A stretch of 64,000 nucleotides of DNA, taken from Alistipes sp. Lineage in GTDB: Bacteria > Bacteroidota > Bacteroidia > Bacteroidales > Rikenellaceae. Where the stretch lies: assembly GCA_017483225.1 (NCBI GenBank), contig JAFULF010000008.1, forward strand, positions 50,927-114,926, read 5' to 3'. Of this stretch, positions 54,613-63,732 are shown in pieces. The translations under genes and the position numbers were made by a program. Under the pieces are notes generated by a model. The model did not search any database. It saw only the letters and a list, made by a program, of their open reading frames with translations, and was not told the origin of the DNA. Within the stretch, counting starts at the first letter, position 1. Every line of letters starts with the position of its first letter.

Positions 54613-56595
54613 ATGAAAAGATATCTGCTTATACTTTTGGCACTTACATCGTTGTCAATCACCTCGTTTGCACGAGAAATATATACGTTGAACAACGATT
54701 GGCGATTCTTCTTCAAGGAGGAGAATTCGAGCGATGATGCCCGCTATATTCGTCTGCCCCACACGTGGCACAACGACTCATACGTGGCAGGTATCAACCG
54801 CTCCACGTCGGGAAACTACGAGCGCAAACTATACGTTCCTGCCGAGTGGCAGGGTAGGCGACTCTTCCTGCGCTTCTGTGGCGTGCAGAGTGTTGCCAAC
54901 GTCTTTGTCAATGGAGGTCACGTGGGCGAGCACCGTGGCGGATATACCGCCTTCGCCTTCGAGATTACCGAGCGCATAGAGTTCGGCACGGATAACCTGT
55001 TGCAGGTGCTGGTCAGCAACGCACACCGCAGCGATATCCTGCCAACCTCCTCCGAGGCGACACTCTATGGCGGAATATACCGTGATGTGGAGTTGATAGT
55101 CACCGACAAGACCGCCATCTCACCCCTCTACTACGGCACGGAGGGCGTTATGGTTCACACCACGTCGGTCACCACGGAGCGTGTGGATGGCCGAGTGGAT
55201 ATCGCACTGCTGGGCAAGCGGGATGCCTCGTGCATCGTTGAGGTGGATGTGGTTTCGCCCGACGGCTATGTGGCGACAACCAAGAGCGTGAAGGCCAAGA
55301 TTGACGGCAAGTTGCTCTCGGTGCCCTTCTCGGTCGTGAATCCGGAGCTGTGGTCGCCGTCGTCACCAAATCTGTACACGGTGAAGGTCACCGTCGGCGA
55401 GGATGCTGTGAGCGTGGTGACGGGATTCATGGATGTGAAAGTTACGACGGATAAACTGCTCACAATCAATGGTAAACACTCCTACGTGCGAGGCGTAAAC
55501 CTCTACCACGACTGCGCCTCGGTAGGCACGGCACTCTCGGAGAAGCAGTATGGTCGTGACCTGCGCTCGATACAGGATATGGGTGCTACGGCGTTGCGCT
55601 CGATGACGGGCCCGCACGCCCAATATCTCTACGAGGAGTGCGACCGTCGGGGTCTGCTGGTGTGGATAGATACTCCGCTTACGCAGTCGCCGTTTTTGAG
55701 CGATGTCGCCTACTACGGCACGTCGGCCTTTGAGGAGAATGGTCGTGAGCAGCTGCGTGAGATTCTCTTGCAGAACTGCCACCACCCGTCGGTTGTGATG
55801 TGGGGCCTCTTCTCGACCCTGCGAGGCTGCTCGCCGGAGCTGCTCTCGTATATCCGCTCGCTCAATGCGCTCGCCAAGCAGCTCGATGCATCACGTCCTA
55901 CCGTGGCGTGCAGCAACCGTGATGGCGATATAAACTTCATCACTGACCTTATTGTCTGGCAGCAGAGTGTGGGCTGGGTGCAGGGCGATATCGAGGATGT
56001 GAGCGTGTGGCAGCAGAGCCTGCGTGATAATTGGTCGCACCTGCGACAGGGCATCTGCTATGGTGCCGGCGGAACCCTCGGACAGCATAACGAGTCGTTT
56101 GTTCGTCGAGGTGGCGGCAACACCCCGCACCGCATACCTGAGAGTTGGCAGAGCCGATTCCACGAGGGTTATGCCCGTCAGGTGGATGAGAAGCTCTTCT
56201 GGGGCGTGTGGCTCGATGCTATGTTCGACTATGGTGCCTCCCGATACGACGTGGGTATCAAAAATTCGGGTCTTGTGACCTTCGACCACTCGCAGCGCAA
56301 GGATGCCTACCACCTCTATAAGGCTCTGTGGAATAGACGTGCCAATACGCTCTATATCGCAGGCAAGAGCAGCGACGTGAGAATGCGTACCAAGCAGCTC
56401 TTGAAGGTCTATTCATCGTGTGGCGAGCCTACGCTGCTCCTGAATGGCGATACCGTTGCTGTGCGCTCCTGTCAGCCGGGGGTCTTTGTCAGCGACACGA
56501 TATCTATGTCGGGGACAAACGAGATTAAGGCCTTCGTGGCTGACCGTAGGGACTCGATGGTGCTCACCATAGGTAATTATCTTCGCAGACAATAG
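54613..56595 (+). CDS. glycoside hydrolase family 2 protein (beta-galactosidase/beta-glucuronidase-like)
   Basis: Start trimmed to MKRYLLILLALTSLSITSFA (signal peptide). GH2 sugar-binding-domain signature: LNNDWRFF...LPHTWHND, VNGGHVGEHRGGYTAFAFEIT, LYGGIYRDVEL, followed by a TIM-barrel region. Confidence 0.8.
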   Translation: MKRYLLILLALTSLSITSFAREIYTLNNDWRFFFKEENSSDDARYIRLPHTWHNDSYVAGINRSTSGNYERKLYVPAEWQGRRLFLRFCGVQSVANVFVNGGHVGEHRGGYTAFAFEITERIEFGTDNLLQVLVSNAHRSDILPTSSEATLYGGIYRDVELIVTDKTAISPLYYGTEGVMVHTTSVTTERVDGRVDIALLGKRDASCIVEVDVVSPDGYVATTKSVKAKIDGKLLSVPFSVVNPELWSPSSPNLYTVKVTVGEDAVSVVTGFMDVKVTTDKLLTINGKHSYVRGVNLYHDCASVGTALSEKQYGRDLRSIQDMGATALRSMTGPHAQYLYEECDRRGLLVWIDTPLTQSPFLSDVAYYGTSAFEENGREQLREILLQNCHHPSVVMWGLFSTLRGCSPELLSYIRSLNALAKQLDASRPTVACSNRDGDINFITDLIVWQQSVGWVQGDIEDVSVWQQSLRDNWSHLRQGICYGAGGTLGQHNESFVRRGGGNTPHRIPESWQSRFHEGYARQVDEKLFWGVWLDAMFDYGASRYDVGIKNSGLVTFDHSQRKDAYHLYKALWNRRANTLYIAGKSSDVRMRTKQLLKVYSSCGEPTLLLNGDTVAVRSCQPGVFVSDTISMSGTNEIKAFVADRRDSMVLTIGNYLRRQ

Positions 56596-56598
56596 CCG

Positions 56599-56721
56599 AG
56601 AAGTTGTCTAACAAGGCTACTTTGTCGTTATACTCGCCCTCAAAATGCTCATTTACGCCCAAGTAAACTGCGCTTTTTCGGGCTTCGCAAGCCTAAAATT
56701 AGCACTTGTTATACAACTTCT
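56599..56721 (-). mobile_element. MITE-like element, copy C (inverted orientation), with an adjacent partial end fragment at 56736-56758
   Basis: AGAAGTTGTCTAACAAG ... CTTGTTATACAACTTCT (16 of 17 inverted). Starts 3 nt after the GH2 stop codon. Confidence 0.75.
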
Positions 56722-56780
56722 GGTACCCGGATTGGGTTGTCTGACAAGGCTACTTTGGCGTTGCGCAACGAAAGATCGAG

Positions 56781-56890
56781 CGCAACGATTAAGGAGTTTA
56801 GGGAATTTAGGGAATTTAGAGAATTTCGGGATAGCGCAATCCTTAAATTCCTTAAATTCCCTAATTTCTCTAATTCCCCTAATTTCCCCT
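56781..56890 (+). repeat. TTTAGGGAA/CCTTAAATT periodic-array element (9-nt period), long copy
   Basis: GCGCAACGATTAAGGAG TTTAGGGAA TTTAGGGAA TTTAGAGAA TTTCGGGAT AGCGCAAT CCTTAAATT CCTTAAATT CCCTAATTT CTCTAATT CCCCTAATTT CCCC. Confidence 0.8.
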
Positions 56891-56896
56891 GTGCCT

Positions 56897-56959
56897 GACC
56901 TTAAAGCAACCGCAGGTTGCGTGACTTTATTCGACCTTACTCGACCTTTCGTTGCGCAA
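56897..56959 (+). repeat. GACCTTA-rich module, copy 2
   Basis: GACCTTAAAGCAACCGCAGGTTGCGTGACTTTATTCGACCTTACTCGACCTTTCGTTGCGCAA. The first ~35 nt align with 45441-45475. Confidence 0.7.
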
Positions 56960-56975
56960 AAGTACCCTCCCCAAA

Positions 56976-57016
56976 CCACAAAAGAGGCTGTCCGACACGA
57001 TTTGCGGACAGCCTCT
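56976..57016 (-). terminator. intrinsic terminator after the GH27 gene
   Basis: On the - strand: AGAGGCTGTCCG-CAAATCGTGT-CGGACAGCCTCT followed by TTTGTGG. Confidence 0.6.
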
Positions 57017-57052
57017 ATCTGCTAAAAACCTTATCCTAATTCGGGGCTTCTA

Positions 57053-58711
57053 CTACTTTGCGTAGGTTACCTTTCCGGTGTAACGCTTGTCGGTGTTGCC
57101 CGGATAAACTTTGAGCAGAGCGCAACCGTGAGGAGCAACCTCGGTGGTAAAGCGACCCTTACCCTCATCGTCTGTAAGGTGACCTACATCCTTCTGACGC
57201 CAGAGGTCACGTACTGTACGTGTGCCGTCATAGAGGCCGAGCATACGAGGGTTGATGCTAATCTTTGCAGGCTTCTCGCCCTTGTTGAAGAGACCAACCG
57301 CCAAAGAGCCATCCTCCAAGTGCTTAACGTAGATAACCTGCGAGTTATCCTTCTTGCGCCATACAGGCACTGCGTGGAGGCCGAGAGGGTCCTGATTCAC
57401 CTCGATAACCTCGTCATTCGAGAGGAGTGAGATGGTGAAGTCGTCCATACGGGCCATATCGCAACCGATAAGCAGTGGCGATGCAAAGAGAGCCCAGAGG
57501 CTCATATGGGTATATTGCTCGTCAGCGGTAAGTTTTGTGTAGTGGAGTTTTGGACCCCAGCCCACAAGGCCTACTACGAGCATATCTGCATCCGGCCAAG
57601 CACCCGGACGGCAGAAAGGAATCCACTTGTCCTGTGAGAAGCCGATGCTCGAAATGCTCTTCCAAGTGTCACGGATGTCGCCCGTGGTACGCCAGCACTC
57701 GGCATTCTCCATAAAGAATGGAGCGTCGGCCAGAGGTGCAGAGTTCGAGAGCGAGAGCACGATGTCACGCTTTACGGAGCGCAGTGCATCGAACATCTCC
57801 TTTGTGTGGAAGCGGGTATTTGGGTTCCAGTCGTACTTCACGTAGTCAATCTCCCAGTCGGCAAACTGCTTAACGTCAGCCTCAACAAACGAGTACTCGC
57901 CGTGGATGTAGTACTCCCTGCGGTCCTGCCAGTAGTTAGCATCCGGCCCCTTCTTCTGATAGCGGAAGTGCTCGTTGTGCAGGCCATCCTTAATCCACTG
58001 GTTCACGCCGTCGGCGTTGTCCGAGTAGCTACCGATATGTGCAGCGTAGGTTCCTACCCAAGGCACCGTGTAGATACCGAGTTTCAGACCCATATCGTGA
58101 ACCTCCTTGGTCAGGGCCTTCATATCAGGGAACTTGGTGTTTGGCTGGATAGCGTTGTACTTACCGCCACGCTCACCCTGCCATCCGTCGTCGATGTTGA
58201 TGTACGACCAGCCGTGGTTTACCAGACCCGATTCAACCATCGCACGTGCCGACGAGAGCACCTGCTCCTGTGTCACGTCACGAGCCCAGCAGTTCCACGA
58301 GTTCCAACCCATAGGAGGTGTGAGGGCGATTTTGTCGCCTACCACGATGCGCAGCTCACGGGAGTACGAGCCCTTATCGTTGGTTGCGGTGAGCATCACG
58401 TGGTATGTACCCTCCTTTTTGAGCGTACCGGTGATACGGCCCGTCGTAGCATCGAGTTTCAGACCCTTTGGCAGACCCTCGGCAGAGAAGGTCATAGGGC
58501 GGTCGCCGGTAGCAGCCACGGTGTAGAGGCAAGGCGAACCCGGACGCAGACCAAATACCTTGGCACCGTTGATGCGAGGTGTTGCTGCCGGCTTCGGTGT
58601 GAGGATGTAGGCCGAAAGGTCCGGAATCTCAACCTGCGGAGCCTCCTGCGCAGCACATGGCTGTACCATCATTGCCACGGCAAGAGCGAGTAAAGCGATT
58701 GTCTTTTTCAT
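57053..58711 (-). CDS. glycoside hydrolase family 27 (alpha-galactosidase / alpha-N-acetylgalactosaminidase-like) with N-terminal Ig-like domain
   Basis: Signal peptide, an Ig-like domain (...ATGDRPMTFSAEGLPKGLKLDATTGRITG...), and GH27 blocks PPMGWNSWNCW, YINIDDGW, DYVKYDW, CWRTTGDI. Confidence 0.85.
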   Translation of the reverse strand: MKKTIALLALAVAMMVQPCAAQEAPQVEIPDLSAYILTPKPAATPRINGAKVFGLRPGSPCLYTVAATGDRPMTFSAEGLPKGLKLDATTGRITGTLKKEGTYHVMLTATNDKGSYSRELRIVVGDKIALTPPMGWNSWNCWARDVTQEQVLSSARAMVESGLVNHGWSYINIDDGWQGERGGKYNAIQPNTKFPDMKALTKEVHDMGLKLGIYTVPWVGTYAAHIGSYSDNADGVNQWIKDGLHNEHFRYQKKGPDANYWQDRREYYIHGEYSFVEADVKQFADWEIDYVKYDWNPNTRFHTKEMFDALRSVKRDIVLSLSNSAPLADAPFFMENAECWRTTGDIRDTWKSISSIGFSQDKWIPFCRPGAWPDADMLVVGLVGWGPKLHYTKLTADEQYTHMSLWALFASPLLIGCDMARMDDFTISLLSNDEVIEVNQDPLGLHAVPVWRKKDNSQVIYVKHLEDGSLAVGLFNKGEKPAKISINPRMLGLYDGTRTVRDLWRQKDVGHLTDDEGKGRFTTEVAPHGCALLKVYPGNTDKRYTGKVTYAK

Positions 58712-58743
58712 AATAAAGTGTTTTAAGTTATTAAAAATATGTG

Positions 58744-60459
58744 TTATTCAACCGATTTTGTGTCAAAATCTCCGTGTACGTTATCGTATGTGGTTGTCAG
58801 CGTCGTGCCGACGTAAGGGCCTCGACGACCCGTCTTGTCCACGGCACGCACCTCAAACGGCGCACTCTTGTCGGCGAGTTTTCCCTTGTAAAGGTGCGCC
58901 GAGTTGCCGATATACGAGCCATTGGAGCAGAAGACCTCCGAGAACCAATAGTTCGTGTACCACTCACGAGCCGAGAACTTGGTCATATCGCACACCTTCT
59001 TGTCGTTCTGCCAGAGCGTGACCTCCCAATCGCCGTGCTCTATGTTCCAGATGTTGGCGACGACATACCCCGGCAGGTTCCACGTGCAAGGGGTGCCGAA
59101 GTAGTTCGGCTTCTCCGTCTTAATCTGGTTTATCAGTGGCGAGTAGAAGACCTGTCCGCCGTCATACAGACGCATCTGGAACTCCCTGTTGCACTCGGTG
59201 CCCTTGTACCAGTAGTTGGTGAGTGTCGTGCCGTCAAATTCATACACACCGTAGCCGTTAGGGGTGCCATCGACGTTGAACGTGCCGTGCCACATCGCAC
59301 CACACACCGCTCCGTGGATATGTTCGTGTATCGTCTTGCCGTTCACCTTGTGTATGTAGTTGCGCATACTGTGCGTGTGGCCGATAAGCAGGTGTGCCTC
59401 CTTATACTCCGATAGCTTTTCGAGAATCGCCTGACGATAGTATTTGTCGTGGTGGTTGCCACCGCCGCCGTCACGGAACGGAATGTGGCAGCAGAGCACC
59501 ACCATCTTGTTCTTCGGCACGAATGACAGGTCTTGCAGGAGCCACTCCCAGCCCCAGTCGTAGAGGCCGCTGGCATACTCCTGCGTGCCACCATTCTCGG
59601 CCTTCTCGCCGTGCATAATGTTGTCGATGACGACAAAGTGTACGTCGCCTCGGTCGAAGGAGTAGTTCTGTGGACCGAAGTATTTGTTGAAGTTCTCGAT
59701 GCTCTTCCAGTAGGTGGTTGCCACCTTGTGGTCCTTCTCGTTCAGGTGGTCGTGGTTGCCCATACATTGGAAGAAGACGATGTTGCGGCGGGCCATCGCC
59801 TGCTTCATCTGTGTCCAATATACGGAGATGTTACGACCCGTGATATCGCCGAGTGTTATGGCATACGGGTTCTCGGCACCCTCGGCAAACGCCTCCACAT
59901 CGGGCAGGGTCTCATTGATGAATCGCTGCACGTCGGGGTTGTCATATACCTGCGGGTCGGCAAGGGCGAGCATCGTGAAGCGGCTCTGTTTGCCCCCCGG
60001 GAGCAACTCCAACTTGAAGTCGTTGCGGTATGGCGGCTCATTGGAGTAGAGTAGTCGTTTGTAGAAGGCGGGGTGGTTGTCACCTCCGACCGGCACCTTG
60101 TACTCGGCAGGGGTGCTGAGAAAGACCATCGAGGCAAACTCGTGACCTACCAGCTGATATACGCCATTCTCGTCTGTCTGCACGCAGTTGAAGCCGTCGC
60201 TCACGACAATATCCTTGATGCCCAAGCCCGTTTCGGCATCTGTCACAAGGCCATAGAGCGTGGTGCTTGCGGCTATGGTGGTACCATTGACCACGAGCTC
60301 GTCGCCACTTGGCTCCTTATCCTCCGTAGTGTCGCCCCCCGTGCTACCTTCCGTGTCGCCACTATTGGATTGTGGCGGCAGGTCTGTTGACGAGTCGGGG
60401 TTACAACTCGTCAGCAGGATGCTTACTACAAGCAGCAGTATGGTGAGTAATCTCTTCAT
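58744..60459 (-). CDS. calcineurin-like metallophosphoesterase lipoprotein (paralog 1) with N-terminal carboxypeptidase-regulatory-like domain
   Basis: Lipobox MKRLLTILLLVVSILLTSCNPD. Metallophosphatase motifs LADPQ, GDITGR, GNHDH, CCHIP, GHTH. Confidence 0.8.
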   Translation of the reverse strand: MKRLLTILLLVVSILLTSCNPDSSTDLPPQSNSGDTEGSTGGDTTEDKEPSGDELVVNGTTIAASTTLYGLVTDAETGLGIKDIVVSDGFNCVQTDENGVYQLVGHEFASMVFLSTPAEYKVPVGGDNHPAFYKRLLYSNEPPYRNDFKLELLPGGKQSRFTMLALADPQVYDNPDVQRFINETLPDVEAFAEGAENPYAITLGDITGRNISVYWTQMKQAMARRNIVFFQCMGNHDHLNEKDHKVATTYWKSIENFNKYFGPQNYSFDRGDVHFVVIDNIMHGEKAENGGTQEYASGLYDWGWEWLLQDLSFVPKNKMVVLCCHIPFRDGGGGNHHDKYYRQAILEKLSEYKEAHLLIGHTHSMRNYIHKVNGKTIHEHIHGAVCGAMWHGTFNVDGTPNGYGVYEFDGTTLTNYWYKGTECNREFQMRLYDGGQVFYSPLINQIKTEKPNYFGTPCTWNLPGYVVANIWNIEHGDWEVTLWQNDKKVCDMTKFSAREWYTNYWFSEVFCSNGSYIGNSAHLYKGKLADKSAPFEVRAVDKTGRRGPYVGTTLTTTYDNVHGDFDTKSVE

Positions 60460-60505
60460 CTTCTTAATCTCCTTTTTCGGGTTTGTACAAAGGTACAATT
60501 TTTAT

Positions 60506-62239
60506 CTAATTCGTCGGCACGTAGGTCTCGAAGTCGCCATTCAGACCATCGTAGTTGGTGGTGATGTGGTCGCAGATGTAAGGGCCTCGACGTCCCAACT
60601 TATCCACGGCACGTACCTCAAATGGTGCCGACGGGTCTTTGAGTGCGCCCTTGTAGAGGTGGTACGACTTCTTCTGGTAGGTGTCCGACTTGGAGCCGTA
60701 AACCTCACAGAACCAATAGAGTGCATAGTAGTCGAAATCTCTATCCATCTTGGTCATATCGCACACCTTCTCGCCATTCTGCCAGAGCGACACCTCCCAC
60801 TCGCCGTGCTCGATGTTCCAGATGTTGGCGACGATGTTGCCGATAAGGTTCCACGAATAGGAGGAGAAGACGTTGCGCTTCTCCGTCATATTGACGTTCA
60901 TACGAGGGTCGTAAATCTGCTTGCCGCCGTCGTAGCATCGCATCTGGAAATCCTTGTCAAGGCCTGTTCCCTTGTACCAGAAGTTCTTCAATGTCGCCCC
61001 GTCGAACTCATAGACACCATAGCCGTTTGGTGTGCCATCCGTGCAGAATGGGCCGTGCCACATCTGACCGCAGACGGTTCCGTGGATATGCTCGTGGATG
61101 CGTCGGCCATTTACCGTGTGTATCCAATTGTAGGAGTGGTGGGTGTGGCCAATCATCAGGTGTGCCTCCTTATACTCGGAGAGCTTATTGAGAATCTCCT
61201 TGCGGTAGCGCTTGTTGCTGTGGTTGTCGCCTCCGCCATCTCGGAACGGGATGTGACAGCAGAGCACCACCATCTTGTTCTTCGGCACGAAGGACAAATC
61301 TTGTAGGAACCACTCGTATCCCCAGTCGTAGAGGCCTGTGGCGTACTCGTGGGTGGCACCCGCAGCATCCGGCTTCTCGCCGTGCAGGCAGGTGTCTATC
61401 ACGACGAAGTGTACGTCGCCTCGGTCGAAGGAGTAGTTCTGCGGGCCGAAGTACTTGTGGAAGTTCTCGACGCTCTTCCAGTATGATGTTGTCTGGCTGT
61501 GGTCGTTAGGCGAGAGCTCGTTCAGGTGGTCGTGGTTGCCCATACACTGAAAATAGGTCACCGCTCCGTTCTGCATCGCACGCTTTAAGGTTGACCATAT
61601 CGCCGAGTTGTTCTTATTGGTGATATCGCCAAGGGTCATAGCGTATGGATTGACGAGCGTTGGGGCGAGGGCGTTGATATCGGGAATGGTCTCGTTGATG
61701 AAACGCTCCGTATCGTTCACGTCGTGTGCCTGTATGTCGGCCAGCATCAGCATCGTAAACTGCGTCTGCTTTCCTCCCGGCAGCCGTGTCAGCGAGAAGT
61801 CGTGGCGGAATGTTTCTCCAAAATTCACTATAAAACGCTTGTAGAAGGCGGGGAGGTTATTCACATCCACCGGAATCTCATATTCGGCAGGTACACTGAC
61901 GTTTACCATCTCCGAATTTCTGTTGCGCACAATCTGATAGACACCATTTTTGTCGGTTCGTGTGCAGGTGAAGCCATCACTTACAACTATGTTTTTGATA
62001 CCTTCACCTGTCTCGGCATCCGTCACAAGACCATAGAGCGTGGTCGAGTCGGCGATTGTCGTTCCATTGACAACAACAGCCTCCTGCTCCGGCTCATCGT
62101 CGGGCTCTTTGTCGGTATTGCCTCCGCCGGTCGTGTTGCCACCACTTGGAGGGGATGGGAGATTTGTTGGCGAGTCGGGGTTACAACTCGTCAGGGTTAT
62201 GCCGGCTATCAGTAGCAGCGTTACAAGGATTCGTTTCAT
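60506..62239 (-). CDS. calcineurin-like metallophosphoesterase lipoprotein (paralog 2)
   Basis: Lipobox MKRILVTLLLIAGITLTSCNPD. Same motif set (LADIQ, GDITNK, GNHDH, CCHIP, GHTH) and collinear with paralog 1. Confidence 0.8.
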   Translation of the reverse strand: MKRILVTLLLIAGITLTSCNPDSPTNLPSPPSGGNTTGGGNTDKEPDDEPEQEAVVVNGTTIADSTTLYGLVTDAETGEGIKNIVVSDGFTCTRTDKNGVYQIVRNRNSEMVNVSVPAEYEIPVDVNNLPAFYKRFIVNFGETFRHDFSLTRLPGGKQTQFTMLMLADIQAHDVNDTERFINETIPDINALAPTLVNPYAMTLGDITNKNNSAIWSTLKRAMQNGAVTYFQCMGNHDHLNELSPNDHSQTTSYWKSVENFHKYFGPQNYSFDRGDVHFVVIDTCLHGEKPDAAGATHEYATGLYDWGYEWFLQDLSFVPKNKMVVLCCHIPFRDGGGDNHSNKRYRKEILNKLSEYKEAHLMIGHTHHSYNWIHTVNGRRIHEHIHGTVCGQMWHGPFCTDGTPNGYGVYEFDGATLKNFWYKGTGLDKDFQMRCYDGGKQIYDPRMNVNMTEKRNVFSSYSWNLIGNIVANIWNIEHGEWEVSLWQNGEKVCDMTKMDRDFDYYALYWFCEVYGSKSDTYQKKSYHLYKGALKDPSAPFEVRAVDKLGRRGPYICDHITTNYDGLNGDFETYVPTN

Positions 62240-62306
62240 AGGTGGTTTTCGGTTGGTTAAAAAAAGGCGGCACGACACACTCTGCCGTGCCGCCTTGAAA
62301 GTGATA

Positions 62307-63704
62307 TTAGTTGGATGAGTCTAACTCATAGACGTTCAACTCAGCCATATTACAGTCGGTTGCTGCGGAGTTGTTGTGAAGGCTCTTGGTTACGCAGATA
62401 CGCACGTACTGTACGTTGGCGTTGCTGCAAAACTCGTAACGGAATGGGCCGTTAGCGGTCTTGTCATCGCCACACTGTGTGACGTGGTCCCACTCGGCAA
62501 CCCACTTCCAATTTACGCCGTCAGCCGATACCTCGACATATCCGACAGATACGTCCTGACGACTTGTGTAGTTTCTACGGGTGAGCTCTATCGCCACGAG
62601 GTTGTGTGGCTGGCCCATATCCCACGCTACGATGTATGGGTCTGTTTCCGAGAGGCCTACCTTACCATACTGGCCACTCTTCCAAGCGGAGTTCCAGTAG
62701 GTTGCGTAGTCGCCATCAATCATATTGTTCCACGAGCCCTGACCTGTCAGACCCTGTGCAGAGTTACACTCCAACAGCGTCCAAATCGAGGTGCGGTCTC
62801 CGCCGCCATCAACAAGCTTCGATGCGATTACGCCATCCTTCTGCAAGTGGATGAGCATATATCTGTTATCCTGATTGATGACGTAGTTCTCCGAGTTGGC
62901 GGTCAGCACAACAGGGATAGCGCAGAAGAGCATATCCGAAGGAATCTTCGAGAGGTCCACACGAAGTTTCAGTTTCAACTCCGACTCGCCTGCTGCTAGA
63001 ACGTTGTCGCCTACGATTTCGTAAGCCTCGGCAGGACAAGCGTTGATATACTTCTTGAACGTCTTGAAGAAGTTGTCCGAGGTGTCGAGAGTCACGGTGC
63101 AGTCGATAGGGTTGTTGAACGGCACCGAAACGGTCATCGTCTTCTCGAAGATGGTGGTTGAGCCCTCCGACCACTTCACGGTCTCCTCGTGGTTTGGCAT
63201 AAAGAAGATTTCGGCAGGCAGCATCGACGGCGAGAGCAGTACGAGCGACTTTGCCTCATTAACCTTGGTCTCGGAGGAGATGCGCACAGGCACTACGTAG
63301 TTGTGACCCTCCGGCAGAGCGGCTATGGTGTCGTAGTCGAAGCCTACGCTCAATACGCCGGTGCGCTCCGCACCACTGATTACCACCTCTTCGTTGTTCA
63401 ACCAATAGGTACCCTCTGTGAGAGCCTCATACTGCGTGCCGTTAGCCGCATTGTACTCTGCGATAGCGTCGAGGTCGATGGCTGCCGTAACGGTAGCACT
63501 CTCCTCGAAGAATCCGCTGCGGTGAACGCTTACCTTGGCAGCAGGCTCGTGGTCGAGGTCGTAGAACTCGGCTACCTGGAAGCCGTCATTCACGATATAG
63601 ACGTGGGCCTCGGTGAGATTTGCATTGCGATTGTTCTCGCAAGCCGTTGCGCCCATCAGCAGTGCGACGCAAGCGGCGATATATAACTTTTTCATAAATC
63701 TCAT
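62307..63704 (-). CDS. PUL-associated lipoprotein: DUF1735 (BT_3987-like) N-terminal domains plus C-terminal F5/8 type C (discoidin) domain
   Basis: Lipobox ...LLMGATACENN, the DUF1735-like pattern (VYIVNDG..., YNAANGTQYEALTEGTY), and a discoidin-like C-terminus (MIDGDYATYWNSAW...VAIELTRR...VEVSADGVNW). Sits directly downstream of a SusD-like gene. Confidence 0.7.
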   Translation of the reverse strand: MRFMKKLYIAACVALLMGATACENNRNANLTEAHVYIVNDGFQVAEFYDLDHEPAAKVSVHRSGFFEESATVTAAIDLDAIAEYNAANGTQYEALTEGTYWLNNEEVVISGAERTGVLSVGFDYDTIAALPEGHNYVVPVRISSETKVNEAKSLVLLSPSMLPAEIFFMPNHEETVKWSEGSTTIFEKTMTVSVPFNNPIDCTVTLDTSDNFFKTFKKYINACPAEAYEIVGDNVLAAGESELKLKLRVDLSKIPSDMLFCAIPVVLTANSENYVINQDNRYMLIHLQKDGVIASKLVDGGGDRTSIWTLLECNSAQGLTGQGSWNNMIDGDYATYWNSAWKSGQYGKVGLSETDPYIVAWDMGQPHNLVAIELTRRNYTSRQDVSVGYVEVSADGVNWKWVAEWDHVTQCGDDKTANGPFRYEFCSNANVQYVRICVTKSLHNNSAATDCNMAELNVYELDSSN

Positions 63705-63732
63705 TTTTTAAGTTTTACCACTTTACAATCTA

